Part shown: one piece after another, positions 58,980 to 64,000 of the stretch | Layout: the number at the start of each line of letters is the position of its first letter | Numbering within the stretch: position 1 is the stretch's first letter | Assembly: GCA_026986575.1 (NCBI GenBank) | Contig: JALSOH010000009.1 | Span: forward strand, 1-64,000 | Source of the DNA: Thermoproteota archaeon | GTDB lineage: Archaea > Korarchaeota > Korarchaeia > Korarchaeales > Korarchaeaceae | Length of the DNA: 64,000 nucleotides | Direction: 5' to 3' | Notes under the pieces: model-generated | Seen by the model: only the letters and a program-made list of their open reading frames with translations | Told to the model about the DNA's origin: nothing | Database searches by the model: none | Program-made: the position numbers and the translations under genes

Positions 58980-61796
58980 CTAGCCCTTCCACACGTAGCT
59001 CCCCGAGAAGGGAACCTGGTAGCTCTCCACCCCACCGCGTCCCTTGAAGAACACGTTGAGGGTGAATGAACTCAGCTCGTGGCTCAGATGCAGCGTGAAC
59101 GTCCCGTCAGGACTGACTATCACCGCATCGCCCGTCTCAGCCACCACTACCTGCACGAACTCCCACTCGTTCTGCGGCCTGAACTCCGTTCCATCGTCCC
59201 ACACTAGCCTACCGGTCACGGTGGTACCTGATACCTGCACATCGTCGAATCTCAGCGTTCCAACCCTAGCGTTGACCCTCACAGTGTAGCCATCAGTCCT
59301 CACGAGCTCTATGGTCACGTTGTTGCCTATGAGGGACATGGCCTCGCCGGGATGCTCCAGCAGATCGTACAGCGGGAAGAACTGCAGACCCTTACCTCCG
59401 CTGGTATCCACGTAGGTCTTGTTCTCCACCTCGTTGTACACCATCGGCAGGCCGGTCACGTAGGTGGAGCCGTTCCAGTACTTCGCGTACTTGGAGACGA
59501 TTATGTAGGTCCCACTAAAGTTGCCCGGAAGCTCCACGTCAAGCCATCCGCCAAGTATCACTCTGGTGTTGTAATTCGCACCAGCGGTGATCTCGGTAGT
59601 GGCGTTCGGGTTCCTCACGAGGCGCAGGGTCACTTCGGAGGTGAGGTTGTCGGAGGTCAGGGCTATGGTCAAATTGGACGGGAAGTAACCCTCCTTAGAT
59701 GCGGTGATCAGCCAGGTCCCCTCATCGGAGGAGAAGTAAGCCGTACCATTCGCATCGGTGTAGGAGAAAGCGCTCATCCCATCAGATTCCTTGGTCATGA
59801 CGACGTAAGCCTGATCTATAGGTCCAGAAGTCTCGTTGTCCACGACATGCACCGTGAGCACTCCCTCAGCCCTCTGAAGCCTCATCTCATAGATCCCGGA
59901 GTGGTCTATGAGTATAGTCTCATTCCTCGGTAGGTAGCCCTCCTTGTAGGTGTAAACCCAGTAGAGTCCGGGGTCTATGGGATGGTCGGGCTGCCACATA
60001 CCTGTTCCATCTGTGGTACCTTCAAGTCTGACATCTGGGGAGCCTATAATGACAGTTGCGCTGGGGATGACTTCGCTCGTCTCGTTGTCGAGGACCTTTA
60101 TCACAGGCGTGACCTTGTGGTCGGGCTTGGTGAACAGCACTATCGCATCCGAGTAGAGCAGATTGTTGTAGGCCAGCAGCGCTATGCCGCTGAAATCTTT
60201 ACCATTCAGGTCGATGGTCCCCTCGAAGACGTAGACGTTGTGGTAGCTGTGATGGCATCCACATCCCCATCCATGCCCGCTCTCCACCAAGTGGCCCGGC
60301 AGCTCGTACTCATCAGATACGGTGAACTTGAAGAGGGAGCCAGCGTAAGAGTGCCATATCATCTCATCTATGTCTCTCTCCTTCTCAAACGAGGAGATCA
60401 CAAGTAGCTTAGCCTTGGTGAAGTTGTTCTCCCACACGATGTTCGGATCCACCCAGAGCTTCACATGGTATCTCTTCGGCCCGATCGTCTCAATGGTGTA
60501 ATTGAGGATGGTCGGCCTCAGGACGGGACCGTAGACGATCTTCCTTTCCATACCATCGGTGGTATTGAGGGATGCGATGAACACAGGGAGGTCCTCGTTG
60601 TAGAAGAGCACATCCTCCACGCTAGCGGAGGCCGTGGCCTCGACGCTCCTGTGGTAGAAGGTCAGGTGATCCGTCACACTCTCCGAATCTATCTCCCTGA
60701 TAGGAGCGTCATCCAAGCTCGGATAGACGAAGGAGTCTTTGTACACCAGATCGTTAGAGAAGAGGAACCAGCGGAAGTAGTGATGCCACCACCTCCATCC
60801 CCAAGTGGTGACGTTGGAGTAGAAGTACCTGAACATGTGTCCCTCATCGGTGTCCCAAGATCTCTTCCTCTCGTAGGCCACGCTTCCATACCTGTACGCT
60901 GGGCACGGGGTGAGCATCATCGATATCCTAGTGGTGGTCGGGTTGCAGTGACAGTAATTCATAGCCTCCTCATGTGTCAGGAACCTGTTGGAGGTCACGT
61001 TGAAGTAGAAGAACGCGAAGCTGTAAGCTATCCCGTTGACATTCAGGTGTGGGAAGAAGCCCGATACCACGTCGCTGGAGGAGCAGCTACCGCAGTGTCC
61101 GCAGTGCCCGAAGAGGTGGAATTTCTCCGTGCGGAGGAGCTCCCACTTGCCGTAGTTGTTGAACCACACCGACACATTGGCGTACCTGCCTCCGCAGCAC
61201 CCTCCTTCCTCCACCTCAGCCGTTATCTTGAATGGTCCGCAGACATTCCCGAAGCACTGGCTCACATTGAAGGTGGCGAATGTAGGGGCAGCCTTCAGCA
61301 GGGAGTGCCCTATCGCGAATGCCCTGAATGGCTCGCGATTCAGGACGTGGTCCTCCCATCCTGGGCGGAACAGGAACTCGTACTTGTTATAGAGGTGCTT
61401 GATATAGTTGGAGTCTATCGCTCCAATGAACGCCTCCGCTGTAACTGGTACGTCCATATCTCTAGCATCCCATCCACAGCAGCTGGCCCTCAATCCGGAC
61501 TCGACGTCAAACCTGAGACCGTGGTGAGATATGAGCAGATCCACATCTAGGTCCTTGCTACAGTGACATGCCGGGGAAGCTGGGCAGCCTATATCACCCT
61601 CGTGAACCTCGTAGGTGAAGATGCTCCAGAATGGGTGCAACGGATTGCTGTATACTGGAAGAACCGGGACTATAAGGATCGATAATGTCAGAATAAGGAT
61701 AATCCTTTTCCAAAATCTTCCATCCAAATTCCTCCTCAGGGCTTTCATTTCCATCTCCGCGCTCGTGCGCTCGGTAACTCTTATTAACCTTCTCAT
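58980..61796 (-). CDS. Large secreted adhesin-like protein: Cys/His-rich N-terminal region and carboxypeptidase-regulatory/PEGA-like repeats
   Basis: Signal peptide; two V.DNET..I..A.V...TD..G...KEGY.P repeats; multiple CC/CHC/HCGHC clusters. Confidence 0.78.
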   Translation of the reverse strand: MRRLIRVTERTSAEMEMKALRRNLDGRFWKRIILILTLSILIVPVLPVYSNPLHPFWSIFTYEVHEGDIGCPASPACHCSKDLDVDLLISHHGLRFDVESGLRASCCGWDARDMDVPVTAEAFIGAIDSNYIKHLYNKYEFLFRPGWEDHVLNREPFRAFAIGHSLLKAAPTFATFNVSQCFGNVCGPFKITAEVEEGGCCGGRYANVSVWFNNYGKWELLRTEKFHLFGHCGHCGSCSSSDVVSGFFPHLNVNGIAYSFAFFYFNVTSNRFLTHEEAMNYCHCNPTTTRISMMLTPCPAYRYGSVAYERKRSWDTDEGHMFRYFYSNVTTWGWRWWHHYFRWFLFSNDLVYKDSFVYPSLDDAPIREIDSESVTDHLTFYHRSVEATASASVEDVLFYNEDLPVFIASLNTTDGMERKIVYGPVLRPTILNYTIETIGPKRYHVKLWVDPNIVWENNFTKAKLLVISSFEKERDIDEMIWHSYAGSLFKFTVSDEYELPGHLVESGHGWGCGCHHSYHNVYVFEGTIDLNGKDFSGIALLAYNNLLYSDAIVLFTKPDHKVTPVIKVLDNETSEVIPSATVIIGSPDVRLEGTTDGTGMWQPDHPIDPGLYWVYTYKEGYLPRNETILIDHSGIYEMRLQRAEGVLTVHVVDNETSGPIDQAYVVMTKESDGMSAFSYTDANGTAYFSSDEGTWLITASKEGYFPSNLTIALTSDNLTSEVTLRLVRNPNATTEITAGANYNTRVILGGWLDVELPGNFSGTYIIVSKYAKYWNGSTYVTGLPMVYNEVENKTYVDTSGGKGLQFFPLYDLLEHPGEAMSLIGNNVTIELVRTDGYTVRVNARVGTLRFDDVQVSGTTVTGRLVWDDGTEFRPQNEWEFVQVVVAETGDAVIVSPDGTFTLHLSHELSSFTLNVFFKGRGGVESYQVPFSGSYVWKG

Positions 61797-61868
61797 CCAT
61801 TATTTAGCTCCAAAATCACAGGAGGCGGCTCCCTCATGAAAAAAATGTCGCTCAGCGAGTGCTGTTCG

Positions 61869-63014
61869 CTACCCAGGTATTAAACTCTGAGGGGTACTGG
61901 AAGCGAATATCACGCCGAGATCGGTCACTAGATCGATCCTAGTGATGATATTAGGGAGCCTATCGAAGGAGAAGTATATGTACGGCACTCCTGGATCGAA
62001 TATCGCGTTAGCGGCTAGGGCCCTCACCGCGCTGGGTTCGAGGTATCTCCTAGCGATGTAAAGATCGTCGAACGCAGCCACCTCAGCCTTTTCATACTGC
62101 TGGTGAGGTAACTGGATGTAAGAGACACTCAAAGGAGAGGGCTGGCTCTTCATGTCCACCACTCTACCGTTCACGTAGAAGAGCATGTGAGTACCATTGG
62201 AGACGAGGCAGTAATGGTTCCAGTTGGTGGCATTCGCGTAGTCCGTTCCTTGGACTAGGTCGGTTCCAGCGACCCTCAGGAAGACCCTAGGGTGATATTC
62301 CCCCCCATCGAAGTTGGGATCCACCATAATCTGAATAGAGTCCATATCCAATACCGTCCACGGGCTCCCCCAGTTCTTGTGATCTATGATCTTAAGCCAG
62401 AGACAGACGGTCCAATTCTCTCCAGACGAGAGCCCTGTGTCCACCCTTGGCCTTGTGACGGCAGACAGATTCCTATACAGCGCGTAACCATCAGCCCCGA
62501 AGTCTAACCAGCTTGCGTTCAGGAACTGCTCGTCAGGGAAGTATTTGGAGGGATCCGTATCTGAGGGAATGGGGACCTGCAGCAAAGAGGAAGAACCACT
62601 AGCTATCTGCTCCAGATTGTAGAGAATCCTCCAGTGCCCGAACTGCTCTAAGTTTAATCTCACCCTGACGTTAGGACCCAGTAGAAGGCCTTCTGAGTAG
62701 TAGTGAGGTCTCAGGGTACCATTGACGATAGCTACCAGATCTTCTACTTTCAAGCGGAAGTTCGGCACCCTTGAGCCGTTGACGTAAATGTAGATGTACC
62801 TTACGCTGGTATTGGTGCCGAGATTCCTCAATGTAACGTCATATCTCCCCATCCAATTTATCTCAGCGTTTTCCTTCGCCCTTTCCCTCTCAAGGGCTAG
62901 GATCTTCTGCACATTATTTGAAAGAGAGAGGAAATCTGTCTGTATCTGGACGACCAAGCCGATCATGAGCAGTATTATGATGGCAAAGAATAGTAGAGCT
63001 ATGGCACTTTCCAC
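61869..63014 (-). CDS. Minor pilin/adhesin with LamG domain (paralog of 57822-58970)
   Basis: ERERAKE, YVNGSRVP, GSPW, WNHYC, FYVNGRVVD, FDDLY, VTDLGVIF. Confidence 0.75.
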   Translation of the reverse strand: MESAIALLFFAIIILLMIGLVVQIQTDFLSLSNNVQKILALERERAKENAEINWMGRYDVTLRNLGTNTSVRYIYIYVNGSRVPNFRLKVEDLVAIVNGTLRPHYYSEGLLLGPNVRVRLNLEQFGHWRILYNLEQIASGSSSLLQVPIPSDTDPSKYFPDEQFLNASWLDFGADGYALYRNLSAVTRPRVDTGLSSGENWTVCLWLKIIDHKNWGSPWTVLDMDSIQIMVDPNFDGGEYHPRVFLRVAGTDLVQGTDYANATNWNHYCLVSNGTHMLFYVNGRVVDMKSQPSPLSVSYIQLPHQQYEKAEVAAFDDLYIARRYLEPSAVRALAANAIFDPGVPYIYFSFDRLPNIITRIDLVTDLGVIFASSTPQSLIPG

Positions 63015-63171
63015 TTTTCGCAGCCCCCTTTCCCGTCAGTATGGAACACCTCCAATATATCCCTAACTTACAATTCTTTCTGTTCCTGTCCAACGGTAAA
63101 AATTAGATGGGATTGGGTGGACCCTTTACTTCCGCGTTTTACCCTTTTAAGCATCATACATATCACAATGA

Positions 63172-63927
63172 GTGAAAATGAAAATTCCACCGTCGCACTT
63201 GAAGTTGGGCTTGGTGGTTCTATTAGTAATCCTATGCATCCCTCTAGTGAGGAGCTTTGCTACGGAGGGATGGATAACTGGTATAAGCACGGAGGAAACC
63301 CCCACCAACGAGACGGCTGTTAAAGTCACCGTCGAAATCGGAGTTAAGGTCCAGTTTGACTCTCCTGGCTATTACGTGGTACTTATAAGGGACGACTCGA
63401 CTGGCGAGTACCTCGCGGAATCCATCAGGTACTCGGTGGGGGCCATATCAGAGGAGAAGACGATAACTCTGCACTTCGAGAGACCAACAGACCCCGGAAC
63501 TTATTCATACACCGCCATTTTGAAGATGAAGGATTCATCCTCTGGATGGTTCGATGCTGACACGGAGCACTTCTCGATCGTGGTACCGGTCCCTCAGACC
63601 ATCACAAACGTTACCACAGTCACCCTGACGGAGACAGTGACTAAAGCCTTGGAATACCTTCAAACTGTAACCCAGACGGTTACTGCAACGGAGACGACAA
63701 CGTACACTCAGATTAACATAACTACCCTCACGATCCTCAGGACGGTGATCCAAAACCTCACAAAAACAGCCACCCTGACTAGGAACATCACCCTGACCAA
63801 GGTAATCACGGTAACGGTTACTCCCGTATCCCAAGAGAGTCCATCAATGGATGTTCGACTGATCGGTTTGGGGGTTATTGGCGTTCTAGTGGCTATTCTC
63901 TTGGTGATGGCCCTGAGGAGGAGGTGA
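63172..63927 (+). CDS. Surface protein: Ig-like domain, Thr-rich stalk, C-terminal TM with RRR tail
   Basis: Signal peptide; TVTxT repeats; LIGLGVIGVLVAILLVMALRRR. Confidence 0.8.
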   Translation: MKMKIPPSHLKLGLVVLLVILCIPLVRSFATEGWITGISTEETPTNETAVKVTVEIGVKVQFDSPGYYVVLIRDDSTGEYLAESIRYSVGAISEEKTITLHFERPTDPGTYSYTAILKMKDSSSGWFDADTEHFSIVVPVPQTITNVTTVTLTETVTKALEYLQTVTQTVTATETTTYTQINITTLTILRTVIQNLTKTATLTRNITLTKVITVTVTPVSQESPSMDVRLIGLGVIGVLVAILLVMALRRR

Positions 63928-63957
63928 TAGAGATCTAGAGAGCTGGAGGGCCCCGCC

Positions 63958-64000
63958 ATGAAGAAGATGAAGATCGTGGTGATAGGACCCCATCAGGCCG
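63958..64000 (+). CDS. Second MglA-type small GTPase (5' fragment)
   Basis: GGAGG RBS, then MKKMKIVVIGPHQA, closely matching MRKMRLVVMGPHQA of the 51372 GTPase. Confidence 0.75.
   Translation, partial: MKKMKIVVIGPHQA

Noticed and set aside
60465-61550. 361-aa plus-strand ORF
   Set aside because: Antisense shadow of the adhesin gene, with no motif.
58980-61796. Multiheme cytochrome or nanowire
   Set aside because: No canonical CxxCH motif; only CxCH, CHC, CC and HCxHC clusters.
63590-63830. Thr-rich repeats as a DNA tandem repeat or CRISPR array
   Set aside because: This is protein-level low complexity only. No identical 24-40 bp repeats with spacers were seen here or elsewhere in the window.

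Overview
This is a gene-dense chromosomal window from a thermophilic archaeon. It has GGAGGTGA/GGTGA ribosome-binding sites, many GTG/TTG starts, AGG-rich Arg usage, DpsL, AlaX-M and archaeal pilins. A Korarchaeia-like origin is an inference, suggested by the TPP riboswitch in front of thiBPQ; a thermophilic Asgard lineage is not excluded. The left part holds Fur/PerR plus dpsL, an atypical heme-copper oxidase operon (Asp in place of the helix-VI His, subunit II without CuA; gNOR-like), many PIN and MNT-HEPN toxin-antitoxin modules, and a frameshifted PGRS-like Gly-rich surface gene. The middle holds thiBPQ with a complete TPP riboswitch, uppP, ppdK, tandem methyltransferases, pfpI, terC, cupins and ilvD. 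The most striking region is 46.2-64 kb. One cluster encodes a eukaryote-like Arf GTPase fused to a longin-like domain, a roadblock protein, a uDENN/longin-like protein and a 7TM membrane protein. It is divergent from a coiled-coil/MglA-type GTPase operon and abuts a type IV pilus locus whose pilin-like proteins all lack a class III signal-peptide leader. A second MglA-type paralog starts at the window edge. No CRISPR array, rRNA, tRNA or IS element was recognised. All calls come from reading motifs by eye; no database searches were run.
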